Program-made: the position numbers and the translations under genes
Shown here: in pieces, positions 27,195-35,365 of the stretch
Layout of the letters: each line of letters starts with the position of its first letter
Numbering within the stretch: position 1 is the first letter of the stretch
Notes under the pieces: model-generated
Database searches by the model: none
The model's input: only the letters and a program-made list of their open reading frames with translations
What the model was told of the DNA's origin: nothing
Virus record (IMG/VR): IMGVR_UViG_3300012346_000137
Location: 1-48,730 of that record
Direction: 5' to 3' (one strand)
DNA: 48,730 nt
Source: a virus
Lineage: Duplodnaviria; Heunggongvirae; Uroviricota; Caudoviricetes

Positions 27195-27544
27195 TTTCTT
27201 AAAGCTAATGCTTTTCTAGTAGGTTTACCATTAGGTTTCTTCATAGGTCCTTCTACTCCTGACATACGAGCACAAAAGCTTTTTCTTCTTTTAGCGTCCT
27301 TAGAACCAGGTTTAAGCTTTGAAGGCTTAGTTGTAACAGCAGTTTTTAGTTTAGAACCTGGGTTAGCTCTTCTATAAGAAGCTACACCTTTAGCATTAAG
27401 ACCACCTGATTCAGATTTGCCTTCTTTTCTTTGCCAAGCTGGAGATACTTTACCACCTTCTTTAAGAGTAGAGCCTTTAAACTCTCCTTTCTTTTTAATC
27501 AAAGGACCATTTGGAACCTTTGTAGGTTTTTTTACTGTTGCCAT
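27182..27544 (-). CDS. DUF6321-like basic protein
   Basis: PAWQRKEGKSESGGLNAKG, RRKSFCARM, ALRKWNC. Confidence 0.75.
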   Translation of the reverse strand: MATVKKPTKVPNGPLIKKKGEFKGSTLKEGGKVSPAWQRKEGKSESGGLNAKGVASYRRANPGSKLKTAVTTKPSKLKPGSKDAKRRKSFCARMSGVEGPMKKPNGKPTRKALALRKWNC

Positions 27545-27822
27545 TATAAGCTATTTTTAGGAGCATCATTTGCCTCCTTAGCTATTCCAGTTTCTACAGC
27601 CTTAGCCAAAACATGTTCTACAAGATCTGATGCTTGAGCAGCTTGGAACAAAGCCTGTGCTTCTGGAGTGCTTAAGATAGCACGAAATGCGTTTAATATT
27701 ACACCAAATTCAGTTCCTGATAATTCAAATTTATCGTCCTTGCTCCAAATGTATTTCTTTGTAGGATCGAATGTAATTGTTTCAGGAGTTTCTGCGTGAA
27801 AATCTTTTATTTCTTCTGACAT
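27544..27822 (-). CDS. Hypothetical protein
   Basis: First gene after promoter; TAATG-coupled to next gene. Confidence 0.7.
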   Translation of the reverse strand: MSEEIKDFHAETPETITFDPTKKYIWSKDDKFELSGTEFGVILNAFRAILSTPEAQALFQAAQASDLVEHVLAKAVETGIAKEANDAPKNSL

Positions 27823-27840
27823 AATTTATGGTTTTAAGAC

Positions 27841-27872
27841 CAAAGATATGTATTTTTCTAATATCTACCAAA
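27841..27872 (-). promoter_or_regulatory. Bacteroidota-type promoter
   Basis: TTTG-N20-TATCTTTG on minus strand. Confidence 0.7.
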
Positions 27873-27873
27873 T

Positions 27874-28533
27874 TTATTTTAGCTCTGATTTGTACACCTG
27901 TCTGATGTTCCACAGATGACGATAGTTTCCTCCAGAGTGATCTCCTAGATAAGCCATACTTCCATGTTGACCATTCTTTTTTCCTCTACCAATTAATGTG
28001 TTATCAATTACCTGACAAAACACTTCGTTAATCATCATTAATGCCCCCTTACAATTCTCTGTAGAATAATCAAATGCTTTTCCTAATGCACCTGGACCTG
28101 TACAATCTACAGGATGTACACCATAATGTTTTGATTTACAATTACTTACTATAATATCAATAGCTTTTTTCAAATTCTTATTACCTGGTGGAGCATAAAA
28201 CATGCTGCAGGAAACATATCTATCTATTGTGTCTTTAAAAAATATTGGTTTACCATCAACATACTTATCTATACCAGGAAGAATAGAAAAACTAACATCT
28301 AAATACCATCCACCATGAATATATATAATTGCAAACTTAGCTAAGTCTGCTTTAAACGAGTATGGGATTAGTTCATCATAAGCCCAGATTACATCTGGTT
28401 CAAAGTTATTCTCTAGTAGTTCTCTTACATCAGCGTCATTCCACAGCCTATGTTCATAATTAGCTTTTACTTTTTCTATCTTATCAAGTGCTACTGGAGA
28501 TGGGTTGTTGGTTATATATACTTGGTGTATCAT
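27874..28533 (-). CDS. GT32 glycosyltransferase
   Basis: MIHQVY, KADLAKFAIIYIHGGWYLDV, CTGP. Confidence 0.85.
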   Translation of the reverse strand: MIHQVYITNNPSPVALDKIEKVKANYEHRLWNDADVRELLENNFEPDVIWAYDELIPYSFKADLAKFAIIYIHGGWYLDVSFSILPGIDKYVDGKPIFFKDTIDRYVSCSMFYAPPGNKNLKKAIDIIVSNCKSKHYGVHPVDCTGPGALGKAFDYSTENCKGALMMINEVFCQVIDNTLIGRGKKNGQHGSMAYLGDHSGGNYRHLWNIRQVYKSELK

Positions 28534-29213
28534 TTTATTATCACTGGTTCGTTATCTAAATATCCTGTGTAAACAGAATGGTGTCCTCTAGTTATACAAT
28601 CGTATGTCAATCGTACAGCATCGTTACACTCAAACTCTAAATATCCATCTTGATATAAATGTTTAGTTTCAAGAATTGCTCTACTGTAACATAGAGGTCC
28701 TGTAACACCTAAAACATCAGTTTTAATATCTAAGTTGGGTCTTTTTCTGTAGTTACGTACATTTTCTTTAATACGTTGTATCACCTTCTCTAATATTGGA
28801 TGACCAGGTTCAGCCATTATATGCCAATTCTGAAACTCACCAAGCTTATATCTAAGTGTGTCAGCATGCCAACGATGACACCAATGTCCTGTAATAAACT
28901 TATAATTCTCAGCCCATTCAGTTAGGTCTCCTTCAGGAGCACTTTTAATATCAAAATAGAATCCCCCCACCTTATATATAAGTAGGTATCTAAATAGATC
29001 AGCCCTTGCCATACCAAGCTTTGGATTAATCATGTTATACATGTCCAACATTTCTTGGTCGTAGTTTTCTTTAATGAAGTTGATTATATCTTCATCATCG
29101 TATAACCTGTATTCAAATGTAGGACAATTGTCCTTTATTCTAAATACTACTTCTTGTAGTTCTAATGGGAGATTTTTAGTTTTGTATGTTTGATGTATTA
29201 TCTTAGGTATCAT
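28530..29213 (-). CDS. GT32 glycosyltransferase
   Basis: MIPKIIHQTY, RADLFRYLLIYKVGGFYFDI, VTGP. Confidence 0.9.
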   Translation of the reverse strand: MIPKIIHQTYKTKNLPLELQEVVFRIKDNCPTFEYRLYDDEDIINFIKENYDQEMLDMYNMINPKLGMARADLFRYLLIYKVGGFYFDIKSAPEGDLTEWAENYKFITGHWCHRWHADTLRYKLGEFQNWHIMAEPGHPILEKVIQRIKENVRNYRKRPNLDIKTDVLGVTGPLCYSRAILETKHLYQDGYLEFECNDAVRLTYDCITRGHHSVYTGYLDNEPVIIK

Positions 29214-29222
29214 ATTGTTGGT

Positions 29223-29921
29223 TTACTTATTTATAAAAGTAAGATAATGATCTTTCCAATCTACATTATTTGGATTATCTAGTTCTGTTGGATAAGTTGC
29301 TGTGTCAACTTGTACATCTTTAACTATTGCTTTAGAAATGAAGCTAAGTTCGATTACTTCTGGTATAGCATACCCTTCATAGTTAAAAGTCCCAGCATAG
29401 TTATTACCATGTACGTGACATAAATAGAAATGTTTGTTTAGATTTTCTATAGCAGCTATAAATCTATTTCTAAAGTTTTCATCAGATACCATGTGGAATT
29501 CTATAACTAAACCTGAACAAACATCTGCAAGTCTTTCGATGTCAGTGTTTTCTAACCATTCGTATTCATAGCATTCAACATCCACTTTTAGTAACACCTT
29601 TCCAGATATACCAAGTTCTTTATAGTGATTTAAAAAGTTATCTGTTTGCTCCTGAGGGGTTCCAGATAATCCTTTTTTATACCATGTAAACAAGCTAGGA
29701 TATTCTGTATGAATTCCTTCTATGGTGTGATCATACCCATACACTTTCTTGTTAGTAAACTGTATGTAATGTTCATCAAATGTGATGTCGTTATTTATTC
29801 CATAACTAAACAAACATTCACTGTCTTGTAATAATTGCTTAGGAAGAACATACCCCCCATCATTGGTTCTTCCAAGTCTAATCTTTTCTCCTACATAGTA
29901 GGGCTTTAGTTGGTTTATCAT
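29223..29921 (-). CDS. FkbM-like SAM-dependent methyltransferase
   Basis: RLGRTNDGGY, SYGINNDITFD, LLKVDVECYEY, HVHGNN. Confidence 0.7.
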   Translation of the reverse strand: MINQLKPYYVGEKIRLGRTNDGGYVLPKQLLQDSECLFSYGINNDITFDEHYIQFTNKKVYGYDHTIEGIHTEYPSLFTWYKKGLSGTPQEQTDNFLNHYKELGISGKVLLKVDVECYEYEWLENTDIERLADVCSGLVIEFHMVSDENFRNRFIAAIENLNKHFYLCHVHGNNYAGTFNYEGYAIPEVIELSFISKAIVKDVQVDTATYPTELDNPNNVDWKDHYLTFINK

Positions 29922-29924
29922 TGG

Positions 29925-30206
29925 TTATAATTCTATATCAAATACTATTGTTGCTGAGCTTTTGATGCTCTTGCTCAAATTAAGTTTGAGTTGCAACACA
30001 TTATGAAACTTTAATAGCTCCTCCAATAACATCTCGTTGTAACGAGGTACTGATGTGGCTATTCTAAAGTGATAAGATTTAGGATGCTTTGTTATCTCTA
30101 CGATAGCTAGCTCATCCACTGAATCTATAATTCCTTCCAAGTGAGCAAAATAAGCCATTTCGTTATCTTGCATCACTTGAGGAAAGTATTTTTTACTAAT
30201 TTGCAT
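29925..30206 (-). CDS. Hypothetical protein
   Basis: Co-linear ORF. Confidence 0.7.
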   Translation of the reverse strand: MQISKKYFPQVMQDNEMAYFAHLEGIIDSVDELAIVEITKHPKSYHFRIATSVPRYNEMLLEELLKFHNVLQLKLNLSKSIKSSATIVFDIEL

Positions 30207-30610
30207 TAGGACAAAGTTAATAAGTATTTAGTTTTAGCTGCTTCACCACTTAAGGCATCAGCTAGGTTACATATGTCATGAAAGTTATTTGCTTCACCAT
30301 AACTCTTTAAGTTACTAGCAAAGTCCATAAGAGCTACTACCACTGCTGTTGAGTCTGCAGCAGTTAATGGCTCTATCTTAAATACACCAGGACGCTTACC
30401 TGTATAACCCATCAACTTCTCTATAACACCATCTTTGAAATCATGTACATAATCGTACAATCCTCCAAGAGCTTGATGTTCAGCATAACTCTTTGTCTGC
30501 CAATGTAATAGATGTAATTGCTCATGGAAGTGTGTAAGCTTTCCAGCTATTGTTTCTAAATTTAGTTCTCCTGATTTCATCATTTCCTCAGGGAATAGGG
30601 ATTTTGCCAT
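30206..30610 (-). CDS. DUF5856-like ferritin/Dps-fold protein
   Basis: HLLHWQTKSYAEHQALGGLYD...D..IE..MG; KTKYLLTLS. Confidence 0.7.
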   Translation of the reverse strand: MAKSLFPEEMMKSGELNLETIAGKLTHFHEQLHLLHWQTKSYAEHQALGGLYDYVHDFKDGVIEKLMGYTGKRPGVFKIEPLTAADSTAVVVALMDFASNLKSYGEANNFHDICNLADALSGEAAKTKYLLTLS

Positions 30611-30635
30611 TATATATTATTTAAGTGTTGATTTG

Positions 30636-31739
30636 TTAACATTGTACTAATTGACCTGCACTAGCAGCTACGTTTACATGAATGGTTTGTGAATATGGAG
30701 GACTTGGTGGTAACACAGTGTAAACATATGGATTTGAAATACCACAATATGTATAATAAGGTCCTTGATCACCAATTCCAAAATTTATATCATTATCTGA
30801 CATATCTGTTACAGCAATATACGTATTATATCCAACAAAACCTGCTGCTATTGGAGCATATAGATTACCATTTGGATACCCTCCAACATAACTTGAAAAT
30901 ATACTGTACCAACTTACACCATCTAAACTATACTTAATTTTAAATGGAGTTGATATACCATCTGTTTCGTAGTGTAAATAACCATCAATACCAGTGTTAC
31001 CTGGTGGTGGAAAGTATATTGTTGTAGTAGTTGTAGTAGTAGGTGCAATTGTTGTAGTTGTAGTGGTTGTACATTCTGTACAAGGTTGTGGATTCTCAAA
31101 TATCACTCCAGTAGAAGCTGCTATTCTAATAGAAGAAATAACACCATTGTTATCTGTAGCAAACCATCCATCATTAACTCCACTATAAGGAGAAGTTAAA
31201 GCTGGATCATTGTAAAGAACAGAACCTAATGTTAATGTACTTACATTAGAATAGAATGTTACAAAAGGACCATTTGGATAATTTGTACAAGCAATACATC
31301 CTGATGTATAATTAGGAATAAGATTGGTATAAAAACTATATACAGCTTGAGTAGTTGTTGTACTAGTAGTAGGAACTGCAGTAGTTGTACTTGTAGTTGT
31401 AGAAATAGGAGGAAGTGTTGTAGTGGTTGTGGTAGTTATACCATTACCTCTATACTGTGCATTAATTTCAAGCCATGTTGTTTGGCTATTGTTATCTCCT
31501 GGTTCTTTTGTTAGCAACACAAGGCTGCTTGGGACAACACGATTGAAATAATCTATACGAACAAAAGCTCTCAACACATTAGTGCCTGAAGAGCCTGTCC
31601 AGTTAGTACCTATTACATTACTAACAGCTTGCCAGTTACCCACTTTTGGTGGTTTAGCACTTATGATAGGACCACCAGCGACAATGCGTCCCTGGTGATC
31701 ATATCTTACATAAGCTATATTGCCATTTCTTCCTAGCAT
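30636..31739 (-). CDS. Thr-rich putative virion decoration protein (paralogue 1, tandem VRYD module)
   Basis: AYVRYDHQGRIV..PKVGNW and AFVRIDYFNRVV; several poly-Thr tracts. Confidence 0.65.
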   Translation of the reverse strand: MLGRNGNIAYVRYDHQGRIVAGGPIISAKPPKVGNWQAVSNVIGTNWTGSSGTNVLRAFVRIDYFNRVVPSSLVLLTKEPGDNNSQTTWLEINAQYRGNGITTTTTTTLPPISTTTSTTTAVPTTSTTTTQAVYSFYTNLIPNYTSGCIACTNYPNGPFVTFYSNVSTLTLGSVLYNDPALTSPYSGVNDGWFATDNNGVISSIRIAASTGVIFENPQPCTECTTTTTTTIAPTTTTTTTIYFPPPGNTGIDGYLHYETDGISTPFKIKYSLDGVSWYSIFSSYVGGYPNGNLYAPIAAGFVGYNTYIAVTDMSDNDINFGIGDQGPYYTYCGISNPYVYTVLPPSPPYSQTIHVNVAASAGQLVQC

Positions 31740-31748
31740 ATTATTTTA

Positions 31749-32228
31749 TTAACAACTTTCTTGAACTCCATTATTATATCCTGCTGAGCCAGATTGAACA
31801 GTAATGTAAACAACAGAAGGTGAAAAAGAATCTTTAACTCTTAATGATACACCAGGATCAATTCCAAATTGAGCCCATGTATATCCTGGAGCCAATGATA
31901 CGTCCCCAGCTGTAGCTATACCATCAGGGAACACTATAGGTAAATTAAATTGACCTTCATAAATACAAATATTACCTGAAGGACCAAATCGATAATCTGC
32001 ATTATAAAAAGTCAACGCTTGTGTTGTAGATGTTGTTGTTGTAATATTACCTCCAGATGTTGTAGTAGTTGTAGTAGTTCCACTACTAGGATTACAACAA
32101 AGATCTGCATTGATTTGTCTCCAATTGCCCACTTTGGGCTTGCTTGCTCTAAATATAGGACCAGCTGTAACAACAGTGTTGGTTCCATCATATCTAACCC
32201 AAGCTTTTAATTTGCTTTGATTTGCCAT
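31749..32228 (-). CDS. Thr-rich putative virion decoration protein (paralogue 2)
   Basis: KAWVRYDGTNTVV..KPKVGNWRQI..LCC then poly-Thr. Confidence 0.65.
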   Translation of the reverse strand: MANQSKLKAWVRYDGTNTVVTAGPIFRASKPKVGNWRQINADLCCNPSSGTTTTTTTSGGNITTTTSTTQALTFYNADYRFGPSGNICIYEGQFNLPIVFPDGIATAGDVSLAPGYTWAQFGIDPGVSLRVKDSFSPSVVYITVQSGSAGYNNGVQESC

Positions 32229-32246
32229 TTTATTTTATATTTTTAT

Positions 32247-32271
32247 AAAAAGCACACCATGAAGATGTGCT
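32247..32271 (-). terminator. Possible intrinsic terminator
   Basis: AGCACATC-TTCAT-GGTGTGCT followed by TTTT on minus strand. Confidence 0.45.
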
Positions 32272-32286
32272 CTATTTATTATTTAA

Positions 32287-32997
32287 TTAACAAGCTGTAT
32301 AACTATCAATTGTATTTCCAAATGGACCACTCATAGTACACACTTGATCTTGAGCTGCAAAGTATATGCTAAGGTATGTACCATTTGCTACTGGATTATA
32401 AATAACACTTAATCCTGCATCCATAAATAAATTAACACCTGTGTTTAAGCTTGGTGTATTAGCATATACAGTTATCATTGGATTAACTCTAGCACAAGCA
32501 TCTCCTGGAGATGATGCACCATATGCATCAAATGAATACACAGGAAGTTCTGTAGTAGTTGTAGTAGTTGTTACTTCTGAACAATTTAATACACTTAATA
32601 CACCACCTGCACCAACAACATAGTTAATCATCATTCCTCCTTCATAAATTACCCATCCTTCGTACAAAGGAATAGTTAATTCTGCATTTACATACACAGT
32701 AACACCTGCTGTTAATACAGGAGATGCTGAGTAAAATGTAACATCACCACTTGTTGTAGTAGTACATGCATCAAATGCGTTTGTCCAATATCCTCTTATA
32801 AACGCTGTTGGAGTTACACTAATTGTTGTGGTTGTTGTGGTTGTTCCACTGTCAGTGCAGCATAAGTTTTTAGTGATTTCACCCCATCTTCCATTCTTGG
32901 GTTTCTTCTTTCTAAAAACAAGGCTACCTGAAACTACTCTGCCACTACCATCGTAGCGAACAAAAGCTTTTAAATCTTTAAGTTTTACACTTCCCAT
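32287..32997 (-). CDS. Thr-rich putative virion decoration protein (paralogue 3)
   Basis: KAFVRYDGSGRVV..KPKNGRWGEI..LCC, two poly-Thr tracts, two repeated AC..FYS..L..G domains. Confidence 0.65.
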   Translation of the reverse strand: MGSVKLKDLKAFVRYDGSGRVVSGSLVFRKKKPKNGRWGEITKNLCCTDSGTTTTTTTISVTPTAFIRGYWTNAFDACTTTTSGDVTFYSASPVLTAGVTVYVNAELTIPLYEGWVIYEGGMMINYVVGAGGVLSVLNCSEVTTTTTTTELPVYSFDAYGASSPGDACARVNPMITVYANTPSLNTGVNLFMDAGLSVIYNPVANGTYLSIYFAAQDQVCTMSGPFGNTIDSYTAC

Positions 32998-33013
32998 AAT
33001 AATTGTTATTAGG

Positions 33014-34030
33014 TTAATAGTTTAGGTTATATTTGTTTTTTAAATCAATAAGTCGAGACAAGTAATAATGTGTACAAAACTTCTTACTGGTTTCATCATT
33101 CATTACCACTTGTAAATGAGGATCTAGGAAAGGATCTGCACCTTGGTGGTACTTACCTTTATAAAATGCTGGATAGCCATTAGCTGTATCACTAACGATT
33201 CCTGCATTGTGAAATATGCCAACTTCTTCTACTCTTTGAATTGGATCACTAGACCACGCAAAAGCCATTTCAGGAATGTTCTTTGCTTCTTGTTTCCTAT
33301 ACCAAAGATTCCATAGAACAGCCCACATATCAGCACACCAGCTTTGAAAACCTGTATTCTCATCTTTGAAGAACTCTCTGTTCACTTGCATTAAAAATGT
33401 TCTAATGATCAGACAGTCTTGTAGCACCTTTTCCCAGAAGTCAGCATCTACATTCTTCAGCAGATACTGTGCTCCTCCTGAGTGTTGGTTGTGTTCCTCA
33501 GCAATCGCTCTGCTGATTCCACACATCTCTGCTAACTCTCCAAGAATATCTCTCTTCTTATACTCTTCTAGCTTCTCAGGCAAGACTTGGTGTATTTTAC
33601 TATCAAAATATGAAGCGTTGATGTAGCTGTTTGTATCAGACAAATAACTAACATCGTCATTTAAATAAGCATCTAAATTAAACTTAGGAGTTAACACTGT
33701 ATCACTATCACAATAGAGAACAGCTTTATCCTTCATCTCTGGGTGCTCAGCAAAGTATCTCTTTAATACATAAGGACGTAGGATAGGAATGTATGTTCCT
33801 AAGAAATTACTAATCCCATCAACGTCTTTGTAAAAAACAAACTCAGCCTCAGGGTAAAGATCTACAACTTGTTTCCACTTTGTATTTTCTTCCCTGAAGC
33901 TGGGTATGAATATTAATACTATTGCTTTATCTGAATGTCCTAGCTCTCTTAAGCTCTCTAGCCACATATGCACTTGCCATGTGTAATAGGTATCATCTGG
34001 TTGAGCACAGATAAATTTAAGATCCTTCAT
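33014..34030 (-). CDS. GT-A glycosyltransferase resembling peptide O-glycosyltransferases (SERGT/HPAT-like)
   Basis: YYTWQVHMW, YIPILRPYVL, YCDSD, GGAQY, WCADMW, IFHNAG. Confidence 0.6.
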   Translation of the reverse strand: MKDLKFICAQPDDTYYTWQVHMWLESLRELGHSDKAIVLIFIPSFREENTKWKQVVDLYPEAEFVFYKDVDGISNFLGTYIPILRPYVLKRYFAEHPEMKDKAVLYCDSDTVLTPKFNLDAYLNDDVSYLSDTNSYINASYFDSKIHQVLPEKLEEYKKRDILGELAEMCGISRAIAEEHNQHSGGAQYLLKNVDADFWEKVLQDCLIIRTFLMQVNREFFKDENTGFQSWCADMWAVLWNLWYRKQEAKNIPEMAFAWSSDPIQRVEEVGIFHNAGIVSDTANGYPAFYKGKYHQGADPFLDPHLQVVMNDETSKKFCTHYYLSRLIDLKNKYNLNY

Positions 34031-34073
34031 ATATGTAGTTTGTTGGTTTGTTTGTTTGTTTAACTATCTAAAA

Positions 34074-35135
34074 TTAGTTAGTCAGAACGTTCCATCCACG
34101 TCCTTGTAAAATAGTTCTAGCATCTATTCCTACTTGAGAAGGAGCAGAATTGCTTCCACCATATAAATATAAAGTTCCATTTGATACGTTAGTTGTACCA
34201 TTTGTACCATCTAAACTAGCCCATAGTGCTAAGATACCATCTACAGAAGCTTGGCTAAGAGCACATCCTTGTAAGTCAATTTGTGGATTGTTACCATTAC
34301 CATTATATGTTTTAGTCACTCCTACTGTACCAAGTTGGAAATTAGTTAATGCATAATTTGAATTAAATGTTAAAACATATGTATTAATAGTCTCAACGTT
34401 TGGTAATTGGAACGTTGTTAAAGCATTACTATATGAAGTAATTGAAAATCCATTTGAAGAGATTGTAGTTACAGAAGGTAATACAACTTCAGTAAGATCT
34501 CCTGCATTCTGCAAATTCATAGAAAACTCTTCTAAAACAGGGAAAATAGTACTTGTAATTGAAGATATTCCTAAATAATTTAAATTTACAGTTAGTCTAG
34601 CAGAGGTTAATGCTGCGAACGATACACTTGTCGTTGTAAATGAACTATTTGCTCCTAAGGTTAATCCATATGATCCTATAGTTACTAATTTTGGAGCACT
34701 AATTGTAGTCAATACTGCGTTAGAAGTTAAATTCATTCCATCTGCATATAGTAACTCAGGTAAATCTATTGTTTGTAAAGAAGAAAAATTACCAATGTTT
34801 ACACTAGATGCATTAGCTAATGTTGGAAAAGCAATAGAGCTTACTGTAGAAGAAGGATTGCCAGAAAAGTAAATGTTTGCATAAGAAACAACTGGTATTG
34901 ATTGTGCTCCTGTTGCAGTAGCAGAATAATTTGCTCCAATACTATAGTTAACAGTACCACTTGTTCCTAATTGACCTACTGTTGTAATATCTAATGTACC
35001 AAAACCACCTGCTGCTAAATCAGCAATAGCTTGTGCTGTTGTTTTTACTGTAACATTGCTTTGTACAATTGCTACTTCTTCAGATCCAGTTAACGATGCT
35101 GCTGAAGATAATTGACTTATTTTTACGTTTGCCAT
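34074..35135 (-). CDS. Fibre/adhesin-like protein with LRR/L-domain solenoid
   Basis: N-terminal KISQLSSAASLTGSEEVAIVQ; repeated L..I.LP.L units; C-cap LSQASVDGIL..GGSNSAP..GWNVLTN. Confidence 0.6.
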   Translation of the reverse strand: MANVKISQLSSAASLTGSEEVAIVQSNVTVKTTAQAIADLAAGGFGTLDITTVGQLGTSGTVNYSIGANYSATATGAQSIPVVSYANIYFSGNPSSTVSSIAFPTLANASSVNIGNFSSLQTIDLPELLYADGMNLTSNAVLTTISAPKLVTIGSYGLTLGANSSFTTTSVSFAALTSARLTVNLNYLGISSITSTIFPVLEEFSMNLQNAGDLTEVVLPSVTTISSNGFSITSYSNALTTFQLPNVETINTYVLTFNSNYALTNFQLGTVGVTKTYNGNGNNPQIDLQGCALSQASVDGILALWASLDGTNGTTNVSNGTLYLYGGSNSAPSQVGIDARTILQGRGWNVLTN

Positions 35136-35144
35136 TTTATATTT

Positions 35145-35354
35145 TTAATTTAATATGATAAAATCATTATTCTCAGTGATTAACTGATCATTGTTTTCTG
35201 TTGTCAAATAACTAACAGCAAGTGTTGTTGTAGTGGTTGTTGTACCAACTTGAACGTTTCCTGCCACTTGTATCAACTTCTCTAATTGCTTAGATATGCT
35301 CCAAAGCAGCTTAGCCTTTTGACTCCATCCTATTTGTTGACTTGGTATTGCCAT
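35145..35354 (-). CDS. Small Thr-rich protein with MAIPSxQIGW module
   Basis: N-terminus paralogous to 36607..36978; T7 tract; tandem TENND. Confidence 0.65.
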   Translation of the reverse strand: MAIPSQQIGWSQKAKLLWSISKQLEKLIQVAGNVQVGTTTTTTTLAVSYLTTENNDQLITENNDFIILN

Positions 35355-35365
35355 GTTGTTATAAT

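Noticed and set aside
26753-27202. Group I intron around the EndoVII gene
   Set aside because: The ORF fills nearly the whole insert, leaving no room for a ribozyme core, and the host gene is already complete without splicing
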